Of a stretch of DNA of 64,000 nucleotides, positions 1 to 8,576 are shown piece by piece. Made by a program: the position numbers and the translations under genes. Source of the stretch: an uncultured Eubacteriales bacterium. Lineage in GTDB: Bacteria > Bacillota > Clostridia > Christensenellales > CAG-917. How positions within the stretch are numbered: position 1 is the stretch's first letter; every line of letters starts with the position of its first letter. The notes below the pieces were generated by a model. It was given only the letters and a program-made list of their open reading frames with translations. It ran no database searches and was not told the origin of the DNA. Location of the stretch: positions 17,879 through 81,878 of the forward strand of contig URIX01000002.1 in NCBI GenBank assembly GCA_900547975.1, in the 5' to 3' direction.

Positions 1-32
1 GCCGGCTTGATTTTATCGAGTTTTTCAAACAT
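1..32 (-). CDS. N-terminal tip of an unidentified CDS that runs off the window
   Basis: ATG at 32-30 on the minus strand with AAGGAG 7 nt upstream. Only MFEKLDKIKPA is visible. Confidence 0.3.
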   Translation of the reverse strand, partial: MFEKLDKIKP

Positions 33-217
33 AATACATCTCCTTCATAGAATCCGACAGCGCCGCGTTACCGTCCGCCGCGCCGTCTTTATATCTATCG
101 ATTTACTGCATAACATTATCCGTCCAAACAGTATATTTGTCAAGTTATGAGCCGTATCGCTCGCAACTTTTAATGAAGCAAATCGAACGAAATCAAATAA
201 GATATTTTCAAAACGAG

Positions 218-245
218 TTGATTTTTGCATAATATGTGCTATAAT
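218..245 (+). promoter_or_regulatory. candidate sigma-A promoter of ssrA
   Basis: TTGATT (218-223), 16-nt spacer, extended -10 TGcTATAAT (237-245), about 35 nt upstream of the mature tmRNA 5' end. Confidence 0.45.
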
Positions 246-280
246 CATTGCACCAAAGCGGTTTTTGATTGTCCGCTTTC

Positions 281-645
281 GGGGGTGTTCTGGATTCGAC
301 ATTCGGTCTGATGCGGGATAAGCACGTCGTAGGCTCGGCTACGTTAAAACGGAACGTTAAAATTAAACGCAAAAAACAATCAAAAGAGCTCCTCTATGGA
401 GTTCGCTCTTGCTGCATAATTTAAGTCGGCACGTCGACACGGGGTTTTCTGTTCCCTCGTCAATCGGCGTCAGAAAAACAGACAACGCAATCTGATTTCT
501 CGGTAGGGTTGTTGTCAATACGAGATTATCGAGGCAAGGTTTGTAGGTGAACCGAACTTAGAAAAATTTTAATCACCAACTAAACGTGTAGAAAGTGCCG
601 AGTACGGTCGGGTGGACCGGGGTTCAAATCCCCGCACTTCCACCA
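281..645 (+). ncRNA. ssrA: tmRNA (transfer-messenger RNA)
   Basis: 5' GGGGGTGTTCTGGATTCGAC and 3' GGACCGGGGTTCAAATCCCCGCACTTCCACCA form the tRNA-like domain. Internal tag frame 369-419 (GCA AAA ... GCT GCA TAA) encodes AKNNQKSSSMEFALAA. Confidence 0.93.
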
Positions 646-652
646 GAAATGC

Positions 653-680
653 AAAAACCGCGTATCTAACGCGGTTTTTT
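653..680 (+). terminator. rho-independent terminator of ssrA, repeated at 823-851 and 995-1022
   Basis: AAAAACCGCG-tatctaa-CGCGGTTTTTT hairpin followed by a T-run. Confidence 0.8.
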
Positions 681-698
681 CATTTAGTGGGAATGTGT

Positions 699-751
699 GG
701 GGATTATGCGATTTTGGCAAAATCGCATCACGGCAATGCCGTGTGAACCCC
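699..751 (+). other. split inverted T-arm module, unit 1
   Basis: GGGGATT, then hairpin ATGCGATTTT/ggc/AAAATCGCAT (706-728), then hairpin CACGGC/aat/GCCGTG (729-743), then TGAACCCC. With the hairpins removed the flanks rejoin to the exact reverse complement of the ssrA T-arm (619-633). Confidence 0.7.
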
Positions 752-869
752 TTTCGGCTGCACGCGATTGACCTATGGTAGCAATCGCTGTTGGGCAAAT
801 CCCGTACTTCCACCAGAAATGCAAAAAACCGCGTATCTAACGCGGTTTTTTCATTTGGTAGGAATGTGT

Positions 870-922
870 GGGGATTATGCGATTTTGGCAAAATCGCATC
901 ACGGCAATGCCGTGTGAACCCC
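870..922 (+). other. split inverted T-arm module, unit 2
   Basis: Same sequence and layout as 699-751, one repeat period downstream. Confidence 0.7.
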
Positions 923-1041
923 TCTCGGCTGCACGCGATTGACCTTTGGTAGCAATCGCTGTTGGACAAAACCCCGCACTTCCACCAGAAATGCAAAAAC
1001 CGAGTATCTAACGCGGTTTTTTCATTTAGTGGGAATGTGTG

Positions 1042-1088
1042 CGGGGATTGCACGATTTCATCGTGCCGTTGCGATGCAACCTGAACCG
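1042..1088 (+). other. split inverted T-arm module, unit 3 (diverged)
   Basis: CGGGGATT, then GCACGAT/ttc/ATCGTGC (1050-1066), then GTTGC/gat/GCAAC (1068-1080), then CTGAACCG. The layout matches units 1-2 but both stems have different sequences. Confidence 0.6.
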
Positions 1089-1113
1089 TGTTTGGCCAGA
1101 TTTTCTAATAAGT

Positions 1114-1141
1114 AAAAACCGCATTAGATGTGCGGTTTTTT
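1114..1141. terminator. bidirectional terminator closing the ssrA repeat array and sdaA
   Basis: AAAAACCGCA-ttagatg-TGCGGTTTTTT, A-run on one side and T-run on the other, between convergent transcription units. Confidence 0.7.
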
Positions 1142-1161
1142 GCTCGAAAACAGGTTGTTTG

Positions 1162-2397
1162 TTATTTCTTTTTGTAATGCTTTGCGTGGCGCAGACGGGA
1201 ATGTCCGTAACTCTTGGCAAGTCCGCCGCCGGATGTTTCGCGATAGCGTACGTTGATGTCTTTGCCCGTTTGGTACATTGTTTCGACAACCGCGTCAAAG
1301 GATATTTGACGGGAAGTGGTGAGAAAACTCGCAAGCGACACGGCGTTTATCGCACGCATTGCCGCAACTGCGTTTCTCTCTATACACGGGATTTGCACAA
1401 GTCCCGCAACGGGGTCGCAAGTCAAGCCCAGATGATGTTCCATTGCAACTTCTGCGGAATACTCGATTTGGTCGAAGTCCATTCCGAAAAGTTCCGCAAG
1501 AGCCGCAGCCGCCATAGAACACGCCGTTCCGCATTCCGCTTGGCAACCGCATTCCGCGCCGCTTATCGATGCGTTCGTTTTGACGATATTGCCGATTATT
1601 CCCGCCGTGCAGAGTGCGTTTATAATCGTATCGTCCGAGTATTTGTGCACGTCTTGCTCGTATTTGAGGACGGCGGGAAGAATACCGCACGCGCCGCAGG
1701 TGGGGGCGGTTGCGATAACTTCGCCCGAAGCGTTCTGCTCGCTGACGGCAAAAGCGTATGCGCAAACGAGGCGATTTTCCTTCGTTTGCGGCGTTTCGTC
1801 TATGTGGCGTTGCTGATAAAGTATCTTTGCTCTGCGTTCGGTGTTGAGACCGCCGGGAAGCACGCCGCTCGCTTTCAAGCCTTGCTTGATTGCGTTTTTC
1901 ATGGTTTCCCAAATAGTTGCGAGATAGCCGCGAATTTGCGCGCCCTCGAAGCGTTCGACGTACTGGGGAATGCTTATTTCGTTTTCGTCGCAATACGCTC
2001 TTATTTGCTCGAACGTATGGTGGGGGTAGACTTCGGGCGGGTCTATCGAACTTTCGCCCTCGACCTCGATTGCGCCGCCGCCCACGCTGTATACGCGCCA
2101 CGAATCCGTAATCTTTCCGTTTAGGTCAATGGCGAACAAATCCATAGTATTCGGGTGGGGCAGATGTTCGTTTTCATAGTCGAAAACGACGTCTACGGGT
2201 TTCGTAAAAGTTTTTTTAAGAACGACGTCCGTGCCGTGTCCTTTTCCCGTTTTTGCCAGCGAGCCGTAGAGGATAACCTTGAACGAATACGCGCTCTTGT
2301 TGCGTTCCATAAACAGTTTTGCGGCTTTTTCGGGACCCATAGTGTGCGAACTCGACGGTCCGCGTCCGATTTTGTACAGTTCTGTCAAACTTTTCAT
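1162..2397 (-). CDS. sdaA: L-serine dehydratase, iron-sulfur dependent, single-chain form
   Basis: N-terminus MKSLTELYKIGRGPSSSHTMGP is typical of L-serine ammonia-lyase, and Cys-rich C..CGxxG segments lie in the C-terminal half. Start chosen at the ATG with AAGGA upstream; the ORF track starts at 2418 on a GTG. Confidence 0.85.
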   Translation of the reverse strand: MKSLTELYKIGRGPSSSHTMGPEKAAKLFMERNKSAYSFKVILYGSLAKTGKGHGTDVVLKKTFTKPVDVVFDYENEHLPHPNTMDLFAIDLNGKITDSWRVYSVGGGAIEVEGESSIDPPEVYPHHTFEQIRAYCDENEISIPQYVERFEGAQIRGYLATIWETMKNAIKQGLKASGVLPGGLNTERRAKILYQQRHIDETPQTKENRLVCAYAFAVSEQNASGEVIATAPTCGACGILPAVLKYEQDVHKYSDDTIINALCTAGIIGNIVKTNASISGAECGCQAECGTACSMAAAALAELFGMDFDQIEYSAEVAMEHHLGLTCDPVAGLVQIPCIERNAVAAMRAINAVSLASFLTTSRQISFDAVVETMYQTGKDINVRYRETSGGGLAKSYGHSRLRHAKHYKKK

Positions 2398-2692
2398 ATG
2401 TGATTTATCCTTGTGCACACATTATAACACAAATAAACTTCGGCGCAACGCTTTGAGAGGTATTGAAAACGAGAAAATTCAATGAAACGAGTTATATTTT
2501 TTTCGATTTTCTTTCGCAACGATTTGCCAAGCGTATAAAAAGTGTGCTAATATATCAAAGTTTTATATAGTAACACACGATTTTGCGTGCGGAAAAGCGA
2601 TTCAAAAGGCGCAAAAAACGCTCTAAAATACGCTCAAAACACGCCAAACGACGCACAATATGCGCCGAAACGTAGGAAAAAGAAGGCTCAAT

Positions 2693-4519
2693 ATGGTCAG
2701 AAACGATTTGAGAAACATCGCAATCATCGCCCACGTCGACCACGGCAAAACCACGCTCGTGGACGGTATGCTCAAACAATCGGGTACTTTCAGAGAAAAT
2801 CAACAGGTTGCAACCTGCGTTATGGACTCAGGCGACCTCGAAAGAGAAAGAGGTATCACGATTCTTGCAAAAAATACGTCAATCCACTACAACGGCACGA
2901 AAATCAACATCATCGACACACCCGGACACGCCGATTTTTCGGGTGAGGTCGAACGTGTTTTGAAGATGGTCAACGGCGTCGTGCTTTTGGTCGACGCGCA
3001 AGAAGGTCCTATGCCTCAAACGCGTTTCGTCGTCGAAAAAGCACTCGCTTTGGGACTTAAAATAATCATCGTAGTCAACAAAATCGACAAACCCGACGCA
3101 AGACTTTCCGAAGTCGGCGACGAGGTGCTCGAACTCTTGCTCGACCTCGACGCGAGCGACGAGCAACTTCAAAGCCCCATTTTGTATTGCAGCGGCAAAC
3201 AAGCCACCGCAACTCGCGATTACCACGTTCCCGGCAAAGACCTCAAACCGCTTTTCGACACCATTATCGATTATATCCCCGCACCCGAAGGCGACGAGAA
3301 CGGCGAATTGCAACTTCTCGTGTCCGCAATCGACTACAACGATTACGTCGGTCGTATCGGCATAGGCAGAATCGAAAGAGGCAAGGTGGATATGGCAAAG
3401 GAAGTCGTGGTTTGCGACTATCACAGCGGCATTTCTCCGTACAAGAGCAAAATCGTCAACCTTTTCCAAATCGAAGGACTCAAACGCGTTCCCGTCGAAA
3501 ACGCTATGGTGGGCGACATCGTTTGTTTCAGCGGTATAGAAAACATCACAATCGGCAACACCATTTGCTCGCCTGCAAAAATCGAACCCGTGCCGTTCGT
3601 CAAAATCGGCGAACCCACTATCGAAATGAATTTCTGCGTCAACGACAGTCCGTTCGCGGGCAAGGAAGGCAAGTTTGTCACATCTCGTCACTTGCGCGAA
3701 AGATTGTTCAAGGAACTCTTGAAAGACGTTTCGTTGAGAGTGTACCAAACCGAAACCCCCGATACGTTCAAGGTTTGCGGCAGAGGCGAAATGCACCTTT
3801 CCATTCTCATCGAAACTATGCGCAGAGAAGGGTATGAGTTCGGCGTAAGCACCCCGAAGGTCATCTTCAAGGACATCGACGGCGTAAAGTGCGAGCCTAT
3901 GGAACAACTCTTTATCGACGTGCCGTCCGATTGCGTCGGTTCGGTTATGGAACGTATGGGTGTAAGAAAGGGCGAACTCGTCACGATGAATCCGCAAGGC
4001 AGCCGTATCCGTATGGAATTCAAAGTGCCTGCGCGCGGATTGTTCGGATTCAAAAACGAGTTTTTGACGGACACCAAAGGCGAGGGCGTTATGAACCAAC
4101 TCTTTGCAGGCTATGCGCCCTACAAAGGACCCATTCCTCGCAGATTCACAGGCTCGCTCGTCGCATACGAAACGGGTGAAGCCGCAACTTACGGACTTTT
4201 CAACGCGCAAGAAAGAGGCATTTTGTTCATCGACCCGCAAACTCCCGTTTACGAGGGTATGGTCGTCGGCATGTCGCCCAAGAACGAGGACATTCGCGTC
4301 AACGTCTGCAAGCGTAAACACGTCACCAATATGCGTGCCGCAGGTTCCGACGAAGCACTTCGCCTCAACACGCCTCGCAAATTCAGCCTCGAAGAAGCCA
4401 TCGAGTTCCTCAACGACGACGAAATGCTCGAAGTCACCCCCAAGAATATTCGCATAAGGAAGATTATTTTGTCGGGGGCCGAACGTCTTAAACTCGCCTA
4501 CGGCGGCAAAAACGCCTGA
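2693..4519 (+). CDS. typA: translational GTPase TypA/BipA
   Basis: [20 protein letters not shown]1 motif, [15 protein letters not shown]-like domain order, ~608 aa. Confidence 0.92.
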   Translation: MVRNDLRNIAIIAHVDHGKTTLVDGMLKQSGTFRENQQVATCVMDSGDLERERGITILAKNTSIHYNGTKINIIDTPGHADFSGEVERVLKMVNGVVLLVDAQEGPMPQTRFVVEKALALGLKIIIVVNKIDKPDARLSEVGDEVLELLLDLDASDEQLQSPILYCSGKQATATRDYHVPGKDLKPLFDTIIDYIPAPEGDENGELQLLVSAIDYNDYVGRIGIGRIERGKVDMAKEVVVCDYHSGISPYKSKIVNLFQIEGLKRVPVENAMVGDIVCFSGIENITIGNTICSPAKIEPVPFVKIGEPTIEMNFCVNDSPFAGKEGKFVTSRHLRERLFKELLKDVSLRVYQTETPDTFKVCGRGEMHLSILIETMRREGYEFGVSTPKVIFKDIDGVKCEPMEQLFIDVPSDCVGSVMERMGVRKGELVTMNPQGSRIRMEFKVPARGLFGFKNEFLTDTKGEGVMNQLFAGYAPYKGPIPRRFTGSLVAYETGEAATYGLFNAQERGILFIDPQTPVYEGMVVGMSPKNEDIRVNVCKRKHVTNMRAAGSDEALRLNTPRKFSLEEAIEFLNDDEMLEVTPKNIRIRKIILSGAERLKLAYGGKNA

Positions 4520-4625
4520 TTGAGCGAATAACTGCGTCAGGCACGGCTTGCCTCAAAATCGTGTACGCTTATGTACACTGGGTTTTGATTCAAGCCGTGC
4601 ATTTCTTGTTCTTCATCTCAATCAG
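4516..4625. other. three-tier long hairpin beginning at the typA stop codon; probable terminator or 3' UTR structure
   Basis: CTGATTGAG (4516-4524) pairs with CTCAATCAG (4617-4625), GCACGGCTTG (4541-4550) with CAAGCCGTGC (4591-4600), and the tip is GTGTAC/GTACAC (4561-4578). Confidence 0.55.
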
Positions 4626-4773
4626 ACGTTTTTGCAAGTAAAAAAATAAATTTCAAAACAAATATCACCCCAAACATTCTTCTATATAAATTTTTTTAAC
4701 AATCCTATCTTTTTTTTCTAAACAACCAACTTATACTTATTGTTTAATCTATTCACTAATAAAAACATATTCA

Positions 4774-4825
4774 ATATGAAACATTTTTCATATTTTCTTG
4801 ACAATTCGCTGTTCGGTGCTATACT
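4774..4825 (+). promoter_or_regulatory. candidate promoter with an upstream palindrome for the metal-binding protein gene
   Basis: TTGACA (4798-4803), 16-nt spacer, TGcTATACT (4817-4825). Palindrome ATATGAAA-catt-TTTCATAT at 4774-4793. Confidence 0.4.
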
Positions 4826-4864
4826 TTTGGTGAAATCAAAATCTCATTTACTTCGGAGGTCGAT

Positions 4865-5125
4865 ATGAAAGAGATTACACTCAAAGTAGAAGGTATGCAA
4901 TGCGGTATGTGCGAAAGTCACGTCAACGACACGGTGCGCAAAGCGGCAAACGTCAAAAAGGTTACGTCTTCGCACGTCGAGGGCAAAACCGTCGTGATTT
5001 GCGAGGATAACGTAGACGTCGACGTCATCAAAAACGCAATTCAAAAGGACGGCTACAACGTCGGTGAAGTGGACGTCAAACCGTATGAAAAGAAAGGCTT
5101 GTTTTCGTTCTTCAAAAAGAAATAA
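4865..5125 (+). CDS. heavy-metal-associated (HMA) domain protein, CopZ-like
   Basis: GMQCGMC metal-binding motif near the N-terminus, 86 aa, GGAGG RBS. Confidence 0.75.
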   Translation: MKEITLKVEGMQCGMCESHVNDTVRKAANVKKVTSSHVEGKTVVICEDNVDVDVIKNAIQKDGYNVGEVDVKPYEKKGLFSFFKKK

Positions 5126-5162
5126 GTGTAAGAACGCCGATTTTTAATGTGCTCAAAAAGCA

Positions 5163-5189
5163 GAAACGCCACCGATTCGGTGGCGTTTC
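5163..5189. terminator. bidirectional terminator between the HMA gene and glyQS
   Basis: GAAACGCCACC-gattc-GGTGGCGTTTC between convergent genes. Confidence 0.75.
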
Positions 5190-5210
5190 GTATTGCGTTT
5201 TATACTTCTA

Positions 5211-6596
5211 TTAATATTTGAACTGTTCGGTGAAGTAGTCAACGAGGCTGTCGATGGGCAAGCGAACTTGCGCCATAGTGTCGCGTTCGCGCACGGTTAC
5301 GCAACCGTCTTCGAGAGTGTCGAAGTCAACGGTGACGCAGTAGGGCGTGCCGATTTCGTCTTGACGGCGGTATCTCTTGCCGATTGAAGCGGACGTGTCG
5401 TAGTCGCAGGCAAAGTGCTTGGAAAGTTCGATATAGAGTTCTTCCGCTTTCTCGTTGAGTTGTTTTTGCAAGGGAAGCACGGCAACTTTGACGGGTGCGA
5501 GCGCGTGGTGCAAGTGAAGCACGACTCTCGTGTCGTTTTCGCCGACTTGTTCTTCGTCGTATGCGTCGCAGAGAAACGCAAGGAACACGCGGTCTGCGCC
5601 GAGGGACGGCTCGACGACGTAAGGAACGTATTTTTCGTTGGTTACGGGGTCGATATAACTCAAATCCTTGCCCGACGTTTTCATATGTTGATTGAGGTCG
5701 TAGTCGGTGCGGTCCGCAACGCCCCAGAGTTCGCCCCAACCGAACGGGAATTTGTATTCGAAGTCGGTGGTCGCTTTGGAATAGAAGCAGAGTTCCTCTT
5801 TTTCGTGGTCGCGAAGTTTGAGGTTTTCGTCCTTCATACCGAGGTCGAGCAACCATTGATGGCAGAAGTTCTTCCAGTAGTTGAACCAGTCGAGGTCCGT
5901 TCCGGGTTTGCAGAAGAATTCAAGTTCCATTTGCTCGAATTCGCGGATACGGAAGATGAAGTTGCCCGGGGTGATTTCGTTGCGGAAACTCTTGCCGATT
6001 TGACCGATTCCGAACGGGATTTTCTTGCGGGTGGTGCGTTGCACGTTCTTGAAGTTTACAAATATGCCTTGCGCCGTTTCGGGACGAAGATATACGGTTG
6101 ACGTGGAATCTTCGGTGACGCCGATGAAGGTTTTGAACATAAGGTTGAATTTTCTGACGCCTGTGAAATTGCTGTTTCCGCAAACGGGGCAGGGGATTTT
6201 ATGTTCGATGATGTATTGTTCCATCTGCTCGTTTGTCCAACCGGAAATATTTTCTTCGATGCCGTGCTTTTGGTTGTATTCTTCGATGAGGTCGTCGGCG
6301 CGGTGACGAGATTTGCAAGATTTGCAGTCCATCAAGGGGTCGGAAAAACCGCCGATATGACCGCTGGCTTGCCACGTTGTCGGGTTCATAATTATTGCGC
6401 TGTCAAGTCCGACGTTGTAGGGATTTTCAACCACGAATTTCTTCCACCAAGCCTGCTTGATGTTGTTTTTGAGTTGAACGCCGAGAGGGCCGTAGTCCCA
6501 AGAGTTGGAAAGACCGCCGTAGATTTCACTTCCGGGATAGACGAATCCGCGGTTTTTTGCGAGGGCAACAAGTTTGTCCATAGTCAGTTGTGCCAT
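5211..6596 (-). CDS. glyQS: glycine--tRNA ligase, single-chain class II
   Basis: [44 protein letters not shown] lies 8 nt upstream of the ATG at 6596. Confidence 0.92.
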   Translation of the reverse strand: MAQLTMDKLVALAKNRGFVYPGSEIYGGLSNSWDYGPLGVQLKNNIKQAWWKKFVVENPYNVGLDSAIIMNPTTWQASGHIGGFSDPLMDCKSCKSRHRADDLIEEYNQKHGIEENISGWTNEQMEQYIIEHKIPCPVCGNSNFTGVRKFNLMFKTFIGVTEDSTSTVYLRPETAQGIFVNFKNVQRTTRKKIPFGIGQIGKSFRNEITPGNFIFRIREFEQMELEFFCKPGTDLDWFNYWKNFCHQWLLDLGMKDENLKLRDHEKEELCFYSKATTDFEYKFPFGWGELWGVADRTDYDLNQHMKTSGKDLSYIDPVTNEKYVPYVVEPSLGADRVFLAFLCDAYDEEQVGENDTRVVLHLHHALAPVKVAVLPLQKQLNEKAEELYIELSKHFACDYDTSASIGKRYRRQDEIGTPYCVTVDFDTLEDGCVTVRERDTMAQVRLPIDSLVDYFTEQFKY

Positions 6597-6766
6597 AAAG
6601 TTATCTCCTTTCGCACTCATCCGGATGATGAGCCGATAAATATTGTGTATAAATAATAGAATAACGGCGCAAAAAAGTCAAAGATAATCGTTATATAACA
6701 TAAATTAGGATATATTTACAAACCGTTCAAGCGGAAAGCGGATTGAAACGAAAAGCCATATTCGTC

Positions 6767-6805
6767 GAAAGCGGACAACGAAAGCGTACAACGAGAGCGG
6801 ACAAC
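6767..6805. repeat. 3 x 13-bp tandem repeat
   Basis: GAAAGCGGACAAC GAAAGCGTACAAC GAGAGCGGACAAC, between the Cys-rich gene and the glyQS promoter region. Confidence 0.8.
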
Positions 6806-6963
6806 GTAAACGAACGTAAGCGAGTCAAAACGGAACGTGCTTGTAAATCGGCAAGCGGAGCAAATCAAACGCGCCACCTCGTTTGAGATGACGCGTTTGC
6901 GACGTAGATACAAAAACATAACTTCGGGCAATTCGTGCTCACGTTATGCCCGCGCGACGTTTG

Positions 6964-7161
6964 TTATTTGCAGCAACCGCAGCCGCCCGTGCCGCCACCG
7001 CAAATGCAGGAAAGGATGAGAATCAGCCATACGATGTCGCAAGAATTGCATCCGCCCATCGTGCCGCCGCAACCGCAGTTGTTCAAGAGCATCAAGAGCA
7101 AAATAATGTCGCAACAATTACAGCCGCATCCGTTTGCACCGTTTGTAAAGAATCCGTTCAT
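6964..7161 (-). CDS. Cys/Gly-rich micro-protein (65 aa) with two hydrophobic cores, possibly YjcZ-like
   Basis: GAAGGAGG RBS 7 nt before the ATG. Sequence is GCGCNCCDIILLLMLLNNCGCGG then GGCNSCDIVWLILILSCICGGGTGGCGCC, an internal duplication. Confidence 0.6.
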   Translation of the reverse strand: MNGFFTNGANGCGCNCCDIILLLMLLNNCGCGGTMGGCNSCDIVWLILILSCICGGGTGGCGCCK

Positions 7162-7268
7162 TTTATGTACCTCCTTCTATATTCGGATTGCTCCTACATT
7201 ACCTTACGCAACCTTTGAAATTTGTGTTACAAAGGCATTGAACGGATTTGAGATAAATATATTTTTGT

Positions 7269-7733
7269 GTGGATCAATTAAAGCGAATGATAGGAATAGT
7301 TGCGGGATTGCTGCTTACGCTCGTAGTGTCGGGGTTATGCTCGCTTTGCTTCAACATCGACTTAAAATGGTGGATTGCGCTCGATAAACCTGCGTTTGTG
7401 TTGCCAAACGTGTGGTTCAGCGTGTTCGTATGCGCAAGTTATTTGTCGTCGGTGCTTGCAATATCGAGGCTTGTCGAGTACAAACATATTTTTCCGTCGA
7501 TGCTTTATTTTTTTGTTTTGGGAATATTTTGCGTGCTGTTCGTGTTTTCGTTTTTCACGCTTAAAAATTTGCTCGTTGCATTCATATCGATGACGATAGT
7601 GCTTGCAACGTCCTATGCGCTCTTTATCCGCTTCCTCACGAAAGAAGTGAAAATAGCCCTTGAATTTCTGCCTACTTTTCTATTCAACGTCTACGGCTTT
7701 TTGTGCGTTCTCTGCATTTTTATGAACAATTAG
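7269..7733 (+). CDS. TspO/MBR-like five-TM membrane protein
   Basis: WWIALDKPAFVLPNVWFSVFV resembles the TspO W..L.KP...PP..F..VW motif. About 150 aa and hydrophobic throughout. Start uncertain (GTG at 7269 or ATG at 7287). Confidence 0.5.
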   Translation: MDQLKRMIGIVAGLLLTLVVSGLCSLCFNIDLKWWIALDKPAFVLPNVWFSVFVCASYLSSVLAISRLVEYKHIFPSMLYFFVLGIFCVLFVFSFFTLKNLLVAFISMTIVLATSYALFIRFLTKEVKIALEFLPTFLFNVYGFLCVLCIFMNN

Positions 7734-7860
7734 ATGCTCGGCAAATGACAATATATTATGTTTGATTTCTTCAATAGCATATGAAAAAATAAGTTTATAT
7801 TTAGAATTGCAGTATGAAATTCAAATCTAAGTTATAAATAATAAACAATCAAAGGTATCA

Positions 7861-7887
7861 AAAAAAGACGAACGAAGTCGTCTTTTG
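7861..7887. terminator. hairpin terminator, one of three copies of the same hairpin
   Basis: AAAAAGACGAACGAAGTCGTCTTTT. The same hairpin occurs at 9040-9066 and, inverted, at 10417-10443. Confidence 0.6.
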
Positions 7888-7997
7888 TTGTATGCAAATA
7901 CCTATTTCGATACAATTTGCGTACACCCCATAAAAAGTGCGTACACCTTGTCAAAATTTGCGTACAGTTAAACGCACCGATAAATTGGAATTTGACG

Positions 7998-8480
7998 TTA
8001 TAATTTCAGTACTGCAATCAATTCTTTCCCATCCATATCTCCTGTTTCCTCAAATCCGAAAGAATGGTACAGGTGTTTGGCAATATCATTTTCGGGTTCA
8101 TATGACAGCCAACAGTACTCTGCTTTACCACAAGGCGATGAGTTTATGAAATCTAACGCCAAACTAAGTGCTTCTTTTCCATATCCCATGTTTTGGAATT
8201 TTCTGTCTATCATAAATCGCCAAAGATTATAATTACCAGAGGCTATTTGGGGGGCATCTTCCCAATAATCGTCTTTGTCAAAACCTATCATCAAAAAACC
8301 AATGGGAGTATCATCCTCATATATTCCAAAGGGATAGGCATAGCCATTTCCTGTTATTGCTGTATATGCTTCAATAATACTTACATCATTACTTGCAACA
8401 AAACCTTCTTGTTCTTTCGCTACTTTTAATTCGAGAATATCCCACACATTCTTTCCGTTAATTCTCTCTAATCGTAACAT
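7998..8480 (-). CDS. GNAT family N-acetyltransferase (diamine/spermidine acetyltransferase-like)
   Basis: The RFMIDRKFQNMGYGKEAL acetyl-CoA binding motif (Q/RxxGxG/A) sits in a 160-aa protein. Confidence 0.8.
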   Translation of the reverse strand: MLRLERINGKNVWDILELKVAKEQEGFVASNDVSIIEAYTAITGNGYAYPFGIYEDDTPIGFLMIGFDKDDYWEDAPQIASGNYNLWRFMIDRKFQNMGYGKEALSLALDFINSSPCGKAEYCWLSYEPENDIAKHLYHSFGFEETGDMDGKELIAVLKL

Positions 8481-8576
8481 ACTTTGCTCCTCACAAAATT
8501 CTTATTTATCGTTGAGTCTATTATAGCACAAATTTCGCATTTTTTCAATACATTCGCCTACCGTATAACGAAAAAA

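Larger units (their letters stand above)
631..1141 (+). repeat. tandem reiteration of the ssrA 3' end plus terminator (two full ~170-bp units and a diverged third)
   Basis: CTTCCACCAGAAATGCAAAAACCG...GGGAATGTGTGGGG recurs with CCA ends at 643-645, 813-815 and 985-987 (periods 170 and 172 bp). Units 1 and 2 are near identical. Confidence 0.9.

Noticed and set aside
580-1053. 157-aa minus-strand ORF (and 1026..1334, 45..302) overlapping the tmRNA gene and its repeats
   Set aside because: It lies antisense to a confident tmRNA and across tandem non-coding repeats. Its internally repeated peptide simply mirrors the DNA repeat. No RBS is present.
1039-4321. Long antisense or alternative-frame ORFs inside sdaA and typA (e.g. 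1039..2124, 1295..2101, 2879..4321, 3187..3837)
   Set aside because: They are shadow ORFs opposite or out of frame with strongly supported conserved genes. Their compositions are Arg-rich or low-complexity with no recognisable motifs. The same reasoning applies to 5415..6101, 11339..12226, 13395..14477, 18651..19496, 55963..57078, 57069..58034 and 58950..59786.
6597-6960. Possible T-box leader upstream of glyQS
   Set aside because: GAGGTGGCGCG at about 6868-6878 (minus strand) vaguely recalls the T-box GGGTGGTACCGCG. It lacks the TAC core. No specifier-loop or stem I features or terminator/antiterminator pair could be traced. A plausible promoter lies only ~100 nt from the start codon.
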